Shown here: piece by piece, positions 50,426 through 61,443 of the stretch
How the letters are laid out: each line of letters opens with the position of its first letter
Numbering within the stretch: position 1 is the first letter of the stretch
Assembly (NCBI GenBank): GCA_964459225.1
Contig: CAYWKB010000001.1
Span: 32,356-96,355, forward strand
Reading direction: 5' to 3'
DNA: 64,000 nt
From: an uncultured Candidatus Saccharibacteria bacterium
Lineage (GTDB): Bacteria > Patescibacteriota > Minisyncoccia > Phycocordibacterales > PALSA-1337
Made by a program: the position numbers and the translations under genes
Notes under the pieces: generated by a model
The model's input: only the letters and a program-made list of their open reading frames with translations
The model's database searches: none
Told to the model about the DNA's origin: nothing

Positions 50426-51241
50426 TTAACTTAGTTTAAATAATTCCTTTGCATTATTGACTATTTGATTTAGTACCATTTCCCTATCTTCCCCTCTTAT
50501 ATCGGCAATTGCATGTGCAATTTCGATAACATGACTTGGTTCATTCCTCATCATATGACCGCGCTTCCTATACGGTAATGGGGTTACATATGGCGCATCT
50601 GTTTCAGACATAATCATATTAAGTGGAGCACTTTTAACTATTTCATCGTAATCTCTCACAAAAGTTATCACACCTGTAAATGAAATTCTAAATCCTAAAT
50701 CTATAAAAGCTTTTGCTTCATCAAGTGATCCAGCAAAAAAGTGTGCATCACCGTGAACCTTTGCATGTTTTTTAAGTATTTCCAATGCATCATTGTATGC
50801 ATTTTCCTTTTTATCTAAGCTACTTCTTAGATGTAACATAAGTGGTTTATTTACTTCATTAGCTAATTGTATTTGTTTTTCAAAAACCTTTTTTTGTAAA
50901 TCTTTATCTATTCCCTTTTCCTCGTTGTATTTATTTTTAAAATAATCAAAACCACATTCACCAATTCCTACAACTTTATTATGTTCTGCTAATTTCTTAT
51001 ATTCATGATAGGCAAATTCACCATCAATTACTTCGCATGGTATTTCAACTGGATGCAATCCTATAATTGCCCATATTCCCTCATTTTGTTCTGCTATTTC
51101 CACTGCCCTTTTAGATGATTGTAGATTTGTACCGACAATTATTATTCCGACACCTTTTTCCTTACATCTATCTATAACCTCCTGTCTATCCAAATTAAAA
51201 TCATCAAAATTTATATGACAATGTATATCTATGTATTTCAT
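50426..51241 (-). CDS. tatD: TatD-family DNase
   Basis: DIHCH, GLHP, IGECGFDY, HLR, ETDAPY. Confidence 0.93.
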   Translation of the reverse strand: MKYIDIHCHINFDDFNLDRQEVIDRCKEKGVGIIIVGTNLQSSKRAVEIAEQNEGIWAIIGLHPVEIPCEVIDGEFAYHEYKKLAEHNKVVGIGECGFDYFKNKYNEEKGIDKDLQKKVFEKQIQLANEVNKPLMLHLRSSLDKKENAYNDALEILKKHAKVHGDAHFFAGSLDEAKAFIDLGFRISFTGVITFVRDYDEIVKSAPLNMIMSETDAPYVTPLPYRKRGHMMRNEPSHVIEIAHAIADIRGEDREMVLNQIVNNAKELFKLS

Positions 51242-51242
51242 C

Positions 51243-51551
51243 TTATCTATCACCTGCTTTAACTTCTAAAAAATCCGATGATACGTATTCAACTTTGTTT
51301 GAGGACCTAAATATATTTTTGATATCCTGATATGCACCTATAACATTTGCGGTTAGAGTTGAAACTGGAGTTTCGACTGTATTTCCATCTGGTAACTTTT
51401 TGACAATTATTTGAGAAGTATTTTGATTTACTGAAATCATCCATCCAGCAAACAAAATAAAGGAAAAAGAAAAAGACACAAGAAAAGCAAATCTCTTTTT
51501 GATATGTTCTGGTTTTTCTCTTAAATTTTCAATAAAATTATTTAAACTCAT
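51243..51551 (-). CDS. Hypothetical single-TM protein
   Basis: KPEHIKKRFAF followed by TM; co-oriented with neighbours. Confidence 0.7.
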   Translation of the reverse strand: MSLNNFIENLREKPEHIKKRFAFLVSFSFSFILFAGWMISVNQNTSQIIVKKLPDGNTVETPVSTLTANVIGAYQDIKNIFRSSNKVEYVSSDFLEVKAGDR

Positions 51552-51554
51552 ATT

Positions 51555-52202
51555 TTAATCTTGTGATGATTGAAGTAGCATAATGTCTCCTTCTTTGCCT
51601 TCCAAATCCTTTTTCTTTAAAGTTAATTTGGCTTCTGGAGCTGGATTTTCACCTGCCTCCTTCAAAAATACTTTCAAAGCATCCTTTGAGCCGATTTCGC
51701 CATAATGCATTGGTATAATTATCTTAGGTTGCAAAGACACTGCAAACTTATATGCACGCGCAGGATCAAGTACTCCCTCACCACCAATAGGTACAAAAAG
51801 TATATCAATCTCATCAAGCGCCTCTATTGTTTCTGCTTTTAATTCAGTGACATTTATTGCACCTAGGAAGCAAATATTCATATTTTCAAGAGAAACAGTA
51901 TAAATAGTATTTATCGCATCACCATCACCCTTTATATCGTATCCTGACACTGATGGTAGACCTTTTATAAACACACCACCAACTTCGTATTCACCTGGGC
52001 CCTTTATAACAAAGGGCTTTTTGTCGCCATGAGTTACTTGATCAATGCCATTAAAATCCTCGTGATATCTGCTTATAAGCACAATATCAGCACCAAAACG
52101 CTTTGGACTTAGCTTTGACTCCTTTGAAATAGGATTAAAAGCTAGTGTTGTATCACCAAATTGCACCTTTAAAAATTCAGCTCCGAAATATGTAATAATC
52201 AT
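51555..52202 (-). CDS. Metallo-beta-lactamase-fold hydrolase (degenerate metal motif)
   Basis: ADIVLIS..H.D, GPGEYE, IDILFVPIGG, IIPMHY. Confidence 0.8.
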   Translation of the reverse strand: MIITYFGAEFLKVQFGDTTLAFNPISKESKLSPKRFGADIVLISRYHEDFNGIDQVTHGDKKPFVIKGPGEYEVGGVFIKGLPSVSGYDIKGDGDAINTIYTVSLENMNICFLGAINVTELKAETIEALDEIDILFVPIGGEGVLDPARAYKFAVSLQPKIIIPMHYGEIGSKDALKVFLKEAGENPAPEAKLTLKKKDLEGKEGDIMLLQSSQD

Positions 52203-52250
52203 AATACTGTCATTTTAGCATAAAAATATGTTATCGTTAAACATATCAAT

Positions 52251-52925
52251 ATGCAGGAAAATACATGGGAAAATGAATACAGAGACCCCAAACTCATTAG
52301 TTTAAGTAATGAGCCAGCTAAGTGCGTAAAGGATTTTGTTAGATTTATAAGAAAGGATAGAAATCTCGAATTATCTAATTTAAATATTCTTGACCTGGGC
52401 TGTGGCAATGGCAAAAATAGCTTTTATATAAGTGAGCACGGTTTAAATAATAAAGTTTGTGGTATTGATATTTCAGAAACCGCAATCAAATACGCTCGTG
52501 AATTAAATAACAATGGTAATTTTATAAAAGGAAGTATTGGAAATAAATTACCTTTTGATAATGAGAGCTTTGATATTGTTTTAGATATCACCTCTTCAAA
52601 TTCACTTAGCGAGACTGAGAGACAAGTATATTTAAATGAAATAAAAAGAGTTATTAAGCCTAGTGGATATTTATTTATAAGAACACTTTGTAAAGACGGT
52701 GATCAAAATGCAAAAAATCTAATTGAAACATTTCCAGGAAAAGAAAAAGATACATATATAATGCCAGATATTAATCTGACCGAGAGAGTTTGGAGTAAGG
52801 AAGATTTACTCAACTATTATAGCGATTTTGAATTATTATATTTAAAAAAAGAAACACATTACACTAAATTTAATAATAGGTCTTATAAGAGGAATTTTTG
52901 GATAGGGTGTTTTGTTAGAAAGTAA
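52251..52925 (+). CDS. Class I SAM-dependent methyltransferase
   Basis: LDLGCGNGKN, GIDIS, LPFDNESFD, RVIKPSG. Confidence 0.9.
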   Translation: MQENTWENEYRDPKLISLSNEPAKCVKDFVRFIRKDRNLELSNLNILDLGCGNGKNSFYISEHGLNNKVCGIDISETAIKYARELNNNGNFIKGSIGNKLPFDNESFDIVLDITSSNSLSETERQVYLNEIKRVIKPSGYLFIRTLCKDGDQNAKNLIETFPGKEKDTYIMPDINLTERVWSKEDLLNYYSDFELLYLKKETHYTKFNNRSYKRNFWIGCFVRK

Positions 52926-52999
52926 TTTATAGAACAATTAAATTATACAAACAAAAATCCCGCCATAAGCGGGAGATTTGTAATATCTTTTAAAAAATA

Positions 53000-53455
53000 T
53001 TATGAACAGACCACAACTCCGCTACCTAAGTTTGCATTTCTTGATTCTGATTTACCTGAACTATCAACACACCAGAAACCTCCACTTGGAAGATTAGCTG
53101 ACACTGCCCATGCTGTTGCAGTTGCCTGACAACTTAGCAATGTTCCATTTGGCCATGCTCCTGCTGTACCAGTTACGGCAATCAAACCTGAAGCATTATC
53201 GATAAACATTCCACCAGTACATGGTAGAGCGGGTAAAGCCATAACTGAAGCAGCGTAACCATTATTATTCGCATTAGCAAACAGCTCAGCACCTGTTCTT
53301 ACAGTTGCAAGTTGCTCTTTAACTTTTGTATCACTAGCCTTGTTTCTCGCAGTTGAAAGTGAAGCCAAAACTACTGATGACAAGATACCGATGATTGCTA
53401 TAACAACTAGCAACTCGATCAATGTAAAACCTCTTTGTAAATATGTTTTATTCAT
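53000..53455 (-). CDS. Type IV pilin
   Basis: G|FTLIELLVVIAIIG; C-terminal WCVDSSG; own promoter and terminator (~52948-52981). Confidence 0.92.
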   Translation of the reverse strand: MNKTYLQRGFTLIELLVVIAIIGILSSVVLASLSTARNKASDTKVKEQLATVRTGAELFANANNNGYAASVMALPALPCTGGMFIDNASGLIAVTGTAGAWPNGTLLSCQATATAWAVSANLPSGGFWCVDSSGKSESRNANLGSGVVVCS

Positions 53456-53559
53456 AACGTATAAATTAACCAAAAACTTATTAATAATTAAACTTATAGC
53501 TATAAGTATAGCAAATATAGAAATGTCTGTTAAACGTTATGTGGATAAACTGTGCTTAT

Positions 53560-54768
53560 TTATTGTGCACTTGCAACGTTGTATATAGGTATAAGCACAG
53601 ATGCAAGAAGCACTGCTACTCCAGCACCGAGCATTACTATCATGGCAGGCTCTATAAGATCAACTAGAGCATCCACAGCAGTAGTTACCTCTCTTGAGTA
53701 AAACCTAGCTAATGTTTTTAATATATTTCCCAACTCTCCTGACTCTTCACCCACTTTCATCATTTGAATCATAATACCTGGTATTTCACCATTACCTGAA
53801 AGTGCCTCAGATACTGGCTTTCCTGCCTTTACAGCCTCAACTGATTCGCTTAATATCTTATTGTATATACTGTTGTTTATAACTGATGATGTAAGCTCTA
53901 ATGCTCTTATCATAGGGATTCCTGCAGCAAGCATTGTGTTCATATTGTCTGACAATCTTGACCAATATAATTTCCTAAATAGATTACCAATATATGGTAC
54001 TGCTAATTTAAATTTATCGAACATCAATGCACCTACTGGAGTTTTGATGTATTTATAAAGGAAAAATCCTCCAATAATAGCAACTCCAAGCACTATAAAA
54101 CCATAAGACACAAAGAAATTACTAATACCCAAAACTATCTGTGTGTATATCGGTATCTCTTGTCCTGAATCAACCAAGATAGAGCTTATCTTTGGTATAA
54201 CCATAGTGAACATAAGTATCATAACTGTAATAAATGTAAAGATAACGAATGCCGGATATATAAGCGCACTTTTTGCTTTTGAAACTAGCTCATATGTTCG
54301 GTCAAGATAATCTGCAAGATATGTAAATGTCTCATTTAACTTTCCAGATTCTTCACCTGCCTTTACCATACTAACGTAAAATTCTGAAAAGACTTTTGGA
54401 TGCTTCCCTAATGCTGCAGATATTTGACTACCTGATTGCAGGTCATCTGAAATTGTTATTAGTTTTGCACCTAGTACTTTGTTTTCACTTTCACTTGCCA
54501 AAAGTCTAAATATTCTAAGAGCTGAAACTTGTGCTTCAAAGAGTGTTGCTAATTGTCTTGAAAGTATCACAACATCCTTGTTTGATACTCTATCGAGCCA
54601 ATTGATATTCATATTCAGAAAGCCCTTTGCTTTGTCTGCTTCAACAATTGATGAAACAACTAGCCCCCTGCGTTGAAGTGATGCTATGGCAATATCTACA
54701 TTTGCCGCATCTATTGACCCTGACTTTATTGAACCATCTTGTTCTATTGTTTTATAATTAAAAAGCAT
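53560..54768 (-). CDS. pilC: Type IV pilus platform protein (PilC/GspF)
   Basis: RQLATL, GEESGKL, ALIYP, IEP. Confidence 0.93.
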   Translation of the reverse strand: MLFNYKTIEQDGSIKSGSIDAANVDIAIASLQRRGLVVSSIVEADKAKGFLNMNINWLDRVSNKDVVILSRQLATLFEAQVSALRIFRLLASESENKVLGAKLITISDDLQSGSQISAALGKHPKVFSEFYVSMVKAGEESGKLNETFTYLADYLDRTYELVSKAKSALIYPAFVIFTFITVMILMFTMVIPKISSILVDSGQEIPIYTQIVLGISNFFVSYGFIVLGVAIIGGFFLYKYIKTPVGALMFDKFKLAVPYIGNLFRKLYWSRLSDNMNTMLAAGIPMIRALELTSSVINNSIYNKILSESVEAVKAGKPVSEALSGNGEIPGIMIQMMKVGEESGELGNILKTLARFYSREVTTAVDALVDLIEPAMIVMLGAGVAVLLASVLIPIYNVASAQ

Positions 54769-54783
54769 AAATAAATTATATCA

Positions 54784-55842
54784 TTAAATCATTCTCTCCA
54801 ATGTCTTTGGATTAAATGAATTCAAATAAGCATTTTCAACAGATATTTCCCCTCTTCTTACAAGCTCTGCCAATGATCTGTTCATATCTATCATTCCTTC
54901 GCCTGAACTTGTTTCTATAACTGTATTTATTTCATGTATTCTTTTTTCTCTTATTAGATTTGCAACCGCACTATTACTTATGAGTAATTCATATGCAGGA
55001 ATTAGTCCACCTGAAATACGAGGGATTAATCTTTGTGAAAATATACCAGTCAAACTTCCTGCAAGTTGTACACGTATTTGATCTTGTTGACCACTTGGGA
55101 ATGAGTCAATAATACGATTGATTGTCTGTGCTGCGTTGTTTGTATGCAAAGTTGAAAAAACCAAATGCCCAGTTTCAGCGGCCGTAACCGCAGTTGCCAT
55201 AGTGTTGTTATCGCGCATTTCCCCCACCAAGCACACATCAATATCCTGTCTAAACATTGAGACTAATGCTCCGTTAAAATCAGGGGTGTCGCTTCTCACC
55301 TCTCTTTGATCGATTATAGATTTCTTTGATTCAAATAAATATTCTATTGGATCTTCAATGGTTAAAATATGTTCGCTTCTTGTTTGATTTATTAATTCAA
55401 TAAGTGATGCAAGAGTTGTAGTCTTTCCCTGTCCTATTGGACCCACAACCATAAAAAATCCCTGCTGTTTCCTAGTAAAAGTTTCAAGTATTGGAGGCAG
55501 ATTTAATTCAGCCAATGTCCTTATTGCTTTTGGTATAAGTCTAAGAGCGATAGAGATCACTCCTTGATGATAAAATGCATTTCCACGGAAACGTGTATTT
55601 GTTAGACTGTATGCAAAATCCACCTCTCTATTGTCCATTAATAGCTTTTGATTTTCTTCATTTAAAAATACTTTTAAAAAACCCTTCATATCCTCAGAGG
55701 TTAGCTCTGCTTTTTTAACTAGTGGTATGAGGCCACCAGATACACGCACAAGTGGATGTCTACCATCAGATAAGTGCAAATCCGATGCTCCCTCTTTTAC
55801 TAGCATGTCCACAAGTTCTTCAATTTGTTTTTTGTATTCCAT
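54784..55842 (-). CDS. pilT: Type IV pilus retraction ATPase
   Basis: ASDLHL, GPIGQGKTTT, TIEDPIE, GEMRD, ETGHLVFSTLHT, NLIRE. Confidence 0.93.
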   Translation of the reverse strand: MEYKKQIEELVDMLVKEGASDLHLSDGRHPLVRVSGGLIPLVKKAELTSEDMKGFLKVFLNEENQKLLMDNREVDFAYSLTNTRFRGNAFYHQGVISIALRLIPKAIRTLAELNLPPILETFTRKQQGFFMVVGPIGQGKTTTLASLIELINQTRSEHILTIEDPIEYLFESKKSIIDQREVRSDTPDFNGALVSMFRQDIDVCLVGEMRDNNTMATAVTAAETGHLVFSTLHTNNAAQTINRIIDSFPSGQQDQIRVQLAGSLTGIFSQRLIPRISGGLIPAYELLISNSAVANLIREKRIHEINTVIETSSGEGMIDMNRSLAELVRRGEISVENAYLNSFNPKTLERMI

Positions 55843-55859
55843 ATTTTTAAATGATTATT

Positions 55860-56258
55860 TTATTTACTTTTTTTCAAAGAATCGTATATCTTCATAACCT
55901 CACCCATAACTTCCGACGGAACCGTAGTTGCCTTTATTATATACCCATCTGCATTTAATTTCTTTGCTTTTGCAATATCATCTGGTAATCCCTGATTTGT
56001 AAGCATTATTATTACAGTATTTTTGATTAATTCTTCCTTTCTAATCGTACCTAAAAGCTCTATACCATTGATACCTGGTATCACCACATCTATAAGCATT
56101 ATATCTGGTGACAATCCATCCCTTAGCATTTTTAATGCTGTTTCCCCATCCTGTGCTGTATGAATATCAAAATTATTTTTTGAAAACTTAATAATATACA
56201 TATCAAGCAAAAACTTATCGTCATCTACAAATAGTATTGAAAGTTTTTTGTTTTCCAT
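55860..56258 (-). CDS. Single-domain response regulator receiver
   Basis: VDDD, LID, MLTN, YIIK. Confidence 0.88.
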   Translation of the reverse strand: MENKKLSILFVDDDKFLLDMYIIKFSKNNFDIHTAQDGETALKMLRDGLSPDIMLIDVVIPGINGIELLGTIRKEELIKNTVIIMLTNQGLPDDIAKAKKLNADGYIIKATTVPSEVMGEVMKIYDSLKKSK

Positions 56259-56276
56259 AATGTATTGATTATATCA

Positions 56277-57992
56277 TTAAAGTTTATTCACTTCTTCAAA
56301 AGGTATTGCTCTTTCAAAAGCTTTTATCATTGCATCCTCTTTCATTGTTAGCATTCCTTTTTGTCTTAATAACTGACTAATTTCCATTTCTGTTGGACTT
56401 TTGAGTATTGCATTTTCAATATCCTTATCCATTTTAAATACTTCAAATACAGCCATTCTTCCTCTTGTACCTCTTGGACAATCTGAAGTTGGGTTTATAG
56501 CATATACTGTATCTGAAAATGGTATTTCCTTTTTGTATTGTTCAGGTAAATCTGCAAATTGTTTATCTATTATCATTTTAATACTTCCTTCAACTGGTAC
56601 AGGTTTTCCTCCGCCTGTTGGTAGCTTACCGACTAGTCTTTGTCCAATTGCAAGTATAAGTGTTGGCGCGATAAGATATGGATCAACTCCCATGTCTATA
56701 AGACGAGGTATAACTCCTGCAACATTATTTGTGTGTAGAGTTGAAAACACAAGGTGGCCGGTAAGCGCAGCTTGCACTGCAAGCTGCGCAGTTTCTTTAT
56801 CTCGAATCTCTCCCACCATGATTACATCTGGGTCCTGACGAAGTGTTGTTCTAAGTCCAGATGCAAATGTATAACCAATTTCAGGATGAACTTGTGACTG
56901 ACTTACGCCATCCATATTGTATTCGATAGGGTCTTCAAGTGAGAGCACATTTGAACCTTCCTTATCAACATCATTTAACATGGAATACAGTGTGGTTGAC
57001 TTACCGGATCCTGTAGGGCCTGTTATAAGTATAAGTCCGTATGGTCTTTGAATTGCATTTTTAATTGCATCCAGATTTTTCTTAGTTAAACCCATTTCAT
57101 CCAATCTCTTTACGCCCTTTTCTTGATCCAAAATACGCATCACGACCTTTTCACCGTAATACGCTGGGAATGTTGATACACGAAAATCTATTTTTCTTCC
57201 ATCAATACGTGCTGAAAATCTTCCGTCTTGTGGCTTTCTTTTTTCATCCAATTTCATATTTGAAAGAACTTTAATACGCGCAACCACAGCATCATGCACT
57301 TGTGGTGGAAGCACCAAACTAGTATTTAAAGTTCCATCAACACGGAATCTTACACGTATTTTGTCACGCATATGTTCAATATGCACATCTGATGCTTCCC
57401 CTTCGGTTGCATATCTAACAATTGTCGCCACTATCTTAACAACTGGCGCATCCTCAATAATTATTGCATCTGTTTTCTTTTCTACCTTACTATCTTTTGT
57501 GTTTATTGCATCATTTACATCAACTGAAAGTACTGATTCGAGCTCTGTTAATGCTTTTGAAACCTCACCACCGATGCCTTTATATGATTTTATTACCTTA
57601 TCAAAATCTTCAGATGTTATTAAAAATACTTTATATGGAATATTATTTTTAGCAGTAATAAAGTTAAGTGCATCTCTCGCTTCTATATTGTCCGGATTAA
57701 CTATTCCAACCTCCAATGTGCCATCCTTTAAACCTATAGGTACAAATTTGTAATGTAATGCTGATTCTTCTGGTACATAATCCAATGCTTCAAAAGGAAC
57801 CGAAGCATCTGCCAAACTTCTAACTGGTATATTTAAATATTCTCCATGAGCAGCAAGAATATCAGTAGGTAATACTCCCTGTTCTTGTAAAGCTTGATCT
57901 ATAGTTGCACCATCTGCAACTCTCTTATCAATCTCTTTTATTGCATCTTTTGTTATAAGATTTTTTTCTAATAAGATGTCAATTACACTCAT
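56277..57992 (-). CDS. pilB: Type IV pilus assembly ATPase (PilB/GspE)
   Basis: ASDVHIE, PQDGR, GPTGSGKSTT, LEDPIE, RQDPD, TGHLVFSTLHTN. Confidence 0.93.
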   Translation of the reverse strand: MSVIDILLEKNLITKDAIKEIDKRVADGATIDQALQEQGVLPTDILAAHGEYLNIPVRSLADASVPFEALDYVPEESALHYKFVPIGLKDGTLEVGIVNPDNIEARDALNFITAKNNIPYKVFLITSEDFDKVIKSYKGIGGEVSKALTELESVLSVDVNDAINTKDSKVEKKTDAIIIEDAPVVKIVATIVRYATEGEASDVHIEHMRDKIRVRFRVDGTLNTSLVLPPQVHDAVVARIKVLSNMKLDEKRKPQDGRFSARIDGRKIDFRVSTFPAYYGEKVVMRILDQEKGVKRLDEMGLTKKNLDAIKNAIQRPYGLILITGPTGSGKSTTLYSMLNDVDKEGSNVLSLEDPIEYNMDGVSQSQVHPEIGYTFASGLRTTLRQDPDVIMVGEIRDKETAQLAVQAALTGHLVFSTLHTNNVAGVIPRLIDMGVDPYLIAPTLILAIGQRLVGKLPTGGGKPVPVEGSIKMIIDKQFADLPEQYKKEIPFSDTVYAINPTSDCPRGTRGRMAVFEVFKMDKDIENAILKSPTEMEISQLLRQKGMLTMKEDAMIKAFERAIPFEEVNKL

Positions 57993-58003
57993 GTTTTTAT
58001 TTA

Positions 58004-58363
58004 TTATCTCTTTGAAGTACTGACACTAGATTCAGTAACTCCTGGAATAGGGGCAAATGGATTTGGTCTACCAATATTTTGTTCTGGAATTGCGACTGTA
58101 TAATCTACAAGTGATTTATATACAGAAGTTTTAAATATTGAATCATTTATTTCTAGTGAACTTATTTGATTTAATAATTTTACAACTCTGTCACTTGCTG
58201 CTTTTGCTTCATTTGATTCTGAATCTCCTGATGTTTCAAGTGATGAAATACTATCTGAGCTTGGTTTACCCTTAAAATAAAAGAAAAGCATAATACTAAT
58301 AAAAATAATCACTATTAGTATTATCATTGTTCCCTTTGAATTTTGTGATTGATTTTGTTGCAT
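58004..58363 (-). CDS. Hypothetical pilus-associated protein (PilP position)
   Basis: TM; GRPNPFAP motif; position after pilO. Confidence 0.7.
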   Translation of the reverse strand: MQQNQSQNSKGTMIILIVIIFISIMLFFYFKGKPSSDSISSLETSGDSESNEAKAASDRVVKLLNQISSLEINDSIFKTSVYKSLVDYTVAIPEQNIGRPNPFAPIPGVTESSVSTSKR

Positions 58364-58367
58364 AATA

Positions 58368-58961
58368 TTATTGTTTTAACCAATATGTTTTTATTTCAAC
58401 ATCATATGTGTAAGCACCTGACTCCCCAACTGTTAACTGTATTTTTGATACATCCATAATTCTAAGACTTGCCTCCAAATCAGTTAAAAAGTCCTTGAAC
58501 GCTTCATAATTACTTACAACAGTAAATGTAAGTGTCATAGTATTGTACACTGACTGATTTGACGCTGAAGCATTTGCACCTAACTGCTGAGCACTCGCTA
58601 TTGAAGCTTGATTACTTAATCCTGCTGAATCATTTGCATTTGATGCCACTGTTTTAACATTTTTAACGACTATTCCATGTTTTGCCGCAACTGAATTTGT
58701 ATCAATAATTAATCTAACATTATCAATATTATCTGGGATTAATTTTTCTAGATTTTCCCTATCAACAATATCGAGTTTATTGTAATTTGCTATAACATTA
58801 TCTCTAACTTTTATAAGTTTTTGTGAATTATCCAATGCTTGTGCATATACAGCATTTACCGCTCTTACAGATTTGATTTCATCAAATTTGATTCTAGTAA
58901 AAGTAAAGTACACTCCTATTGCCAAGACTATTAGTATGATTGGTGTAAGATTTTTATTCAT
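58368..58961 (-). CDS. pilO: PilO-like protein
   Basis: KLIP, YEAFKDFLTDLEASLRIMDV; order M-N-O. Confidence 0.75.
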   Translation of the reverse strand: MNKNLTPIILIVLAIGVYFTFTRIKFDEIKSVRAVNAVYAQALDNSQKLIKVRDNVIANYNKLDIVDRENLEKLIPDNIDNVRLIIDTNSVAAKHGIVVKNVKTVASNANDSAGLSNQASIASAQQLGANASASNQSVYNTMTLTFTVVSNYEAFKDFLTDLEASLRIMDVSKIQLTVGESGAYTYDVEIKTYWLKQ

Positions 58962-58962
58962 A

Positions 58963-59610
58963 TTAATTTGATTCTTGATTATCTGTTACAGTCATTGATT
59001 CCTCTAATTTCCTCTCATAGGAAACTTCAGACGGATCTACATAGGCGGTAAATGTAAAGTTTACATTTCCAAAATCATCTAGTACAAGATCAGACATCAC
59101 AGGATTTTTAATTATTTTATTTTTACCAAACTTTGATGATTGACCAAAGACATCTGATTGAAATGCAATTGCACTAAAACTACTTCCTATACCCTTCATA
59201 ACTATTTTAATTAAATCCCCGTCTTTAGCTGGTGCTGTATATGTAAATGTTTTAAATCTTATTCCCTCAATAGTTAATGAACTAATTATATTAAATATTT
59301 CGGATACTGCTAGGTGATTTTTCAAAAGCTTTTTACCTAAATCTATTTTAGTATTTACTTTTTTGAGCTTTTCAATTGTCTTTGTATCAAAAGCTTCTTC
59401 TGCTTTTCTTAGATTTGCTATATAGCTTTCCTGACTTTTAGTTAAAATACTTTTCCAAACAACAGCTCCAATAGCAACAGAAAGAGAAACAATAAAGATC
59501 AAAACAGAGATAAACATAAAGATGCTTATGTTTGCACCTCCCTTTACGACTTTTTGTTCTGCAAGTATTGGCTTCTTAGGAATGAACGATGTTTGGAATT
59601 TTGTATCCAT
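58963..59610 (-). CDS. pilN: PilN-like protein
   Basis: TSFIPK, TM, coiled coil; follows pilM. Confidence 0.7.
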   Translation of the reverse strand: MDTKFQTSFIPKKPILAEQKVVKGGANISIFMFISVLIFIVSLSVAIGAVVWKSILTKSQESYIANLRKAEEAFDTKTIEKLKKVNTKIDLGKKLLKNHLAVSEIFNIISSLTIEGIRFKTFTYTAPAKDGDLIKIVMKGIGSSFSAIAFQSDVFGQSSKFGKNKIIKNPVMSDLVLDDFGNVNFTFTAYVDPSEVSYERKLEESMTVTDNQESN

Positions 59611-59628
59611 TGCAATAATTATAGTTGA

Positions 59629-60771
59629 TTATTCTATTTCAGACAATCGTCTTAATGCACACCCTATCGCAACCGCAAATTCTGGACCCGCTTCACTGAA
59701 TTGTTCATTCAAAAATGCTGGAGTTTCTAGTTTACTAAATGGATTTGCATAGATTATTTCGGTTTGAAAGCTTATCTTTGCTAAGTCAACAAAACCTTTT
59801 AACAATACACCTCCTCCTGTAAGTATTACTTTACTGATATTTTTAGAGTACTTTTTTTGATATGCAAACATTGTTGTATTTGCCTCATAAAAAATATAAT
59901 CCAAATTAACAGTTATGATTTCAGTTAATTCTTTGTATTCTGGGCCTCCTTTTAGACCGTACGCCCTCTTCATACTTTCAGCTTCATTTACACTTATGCT
60001 TAATGATTTTGAAATGGCCAAAGTAATATCTTGTGCACCACGATTGATAATATGTGATGATTTCAATAAACCTCTTTCAATAATGTATAGCTTAGTTGAT
60101 CTCGCCCCCATATCCACAACCATCATTGCATTTACGCCAGGCTCAACAACTGCGCGTATTGAACTAAATATTTCAATTTCGAAAAAAGATGTTTGAAGTC
60201 CTGTTGATGTAACAATTGATTGATAGTTATTTACATACTCATTGTGAATAGCAACAACCAAAACATCCTGTGATTGATTTACTGCTTTATTATTTTCATC
60301 CCTTTTTTCAATATCAGGATCCTCTGGTGGATAATTGTCTTCACGTGGAATAATAGAATAATCAAGCATTACCTCACTCATTGGAACTGGAATATATTTG
60401 CGCGCTTCAAGAGCGATGACTTCTGGTAATTGCTTTTCAGGTACTGGCGGAATAGTTATAAAACTAATTAGACTAGATGATAGTGGCAATGCCATACCAG
60501 ATTCAGTTGTTGTAGTCTTTGCTTCACGCAAAATATCTTTTAATGCCTCAATAATCTTGTCATTAGTGAGACTTGTTGATCTACCCACCTCGATTCCAGC
60601 ATAAGGACCTAGGGCTAGTTCACCATAAGTTTCAAGTACTGCCTTGCCCCTTTTCTTTTTGATTTGTACAACTTTTATAGCAGATGAACCAATATCAATA
60701 CCCAAAACGCTTTGACTTTTTTTAGAAAACAATGACATCACACTGCCAAATAAGTCTTTTATAGAATTCAT
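59629..60771 (-). CDS. pilM: Type IV pilus assembly protein PilM
   Basis: GIDIGSSAIKVV, EARKYIP, DMGA, LTGGG, NPF. Confidence 0.93.
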   Translation of the reverse strand: MNSIKDLFGSVMSLFSKKSQSVLGIDIGSSAIKVVQIKKKRGKAVLETYGELALGPYAGIEVGRSTSLTNDKIIEALKDILREAKTTTTESGMALPLSSSLISFITIPPVPEKQLPEVIALEARKYIPVPMSEVMLDYSIIPREDNYPPEDPDIEKRDENNKAVNQSQDVLVVAIHNEYVNNYQSIVTSTGLQTSFFEIEIFSSIRAVVEPGVNAMMVVDMGARSTKLYIIERGLLKSSHIINRGAQDITLAISKSLSISVNEAESMKRAYGLKGGPEYKELTEIITVNLDYIFYEANTTMFAYQKKYSKNISKVILTGGGVLLKGFVDLAKISFQTEIIYANPFSKLETPAFLNEQFSEAGPEFAVAIGCALRRLSEIE

Positions 60772-60804
60772 AAAATATATTATAGCATAATTATATAGTG
60801 TAAA

Positions 60805-61443
60805 ATGACTGCAATGAATAAAATTATCGAAATAGTACTAGATTATATTTTCCCTCCAAACACTGAGGAGTTGTTATTACGTAATCTGAACGAACAACAA
60901 GTCTATACTAAATACAGGCAATACAATAATGATCATCCATTAACACATAGTATTTTCCCATATAAAGACAAATTTATTAAAGAATTAGTCTGGCAAATAA
61001 AATACAAAAGAAATCAACATGCAATAAAATGTGCAGGCTATGCATTGTACAGTGAAATTATTAAATATATTAATGAAAATAAAATAGAAAAAGTTGTACT
61101 GATACCAATTCCTATTTCAAAAGCAAGACGAAATGAAAGAGGCTACAATCAATGTGAATTAATAATAGATGAAATTATTAAATACGATACCGACAATATA
61201 TTAAAAAAAGATTATACAAGTTTAATCAGATCAAAAGATATTGATAAACAAACGCATAAAAATAGAAATGAGAGATTAGAAAATTCAAAAGATATTTTTG
61301 AATTAAAAAATAATTTACCCAATGATTATCAAATCATAATAATAGATGATGTAACAACCACAGGTAGTACATTGGCAAATGTTCGAAATGCAATAAATAA
61401 ATCAGGAGAAAGAGATGTATTGGCTTTTACTTTGGCTCATTAA
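60805..61443 (+). CDS. comF: ComF-family competence protein (PRT domain)
   Basis: IKY, PIP, RGYNQ, IIIDDVTTTGST. Confidence 0.9.
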   Translation: MTAMNKIIEIVLDYIFPPNTEELLLRNLNEQQVYTKYRQYNNDHPLTHSIFPYKDKFIKELVWQIKYKRNQHAIKCAGYALYSEIIKYINENKIEKVVLIPIPISKARRNERGYNQCELIIDEIIKYDTDNILKKDYTSLIRSKDIDKQTHKNRNERLENSKDIFELKNNLPNDYQIIIIDDVTTTGSTLANVRNAINKSGERDVLAFTLAH

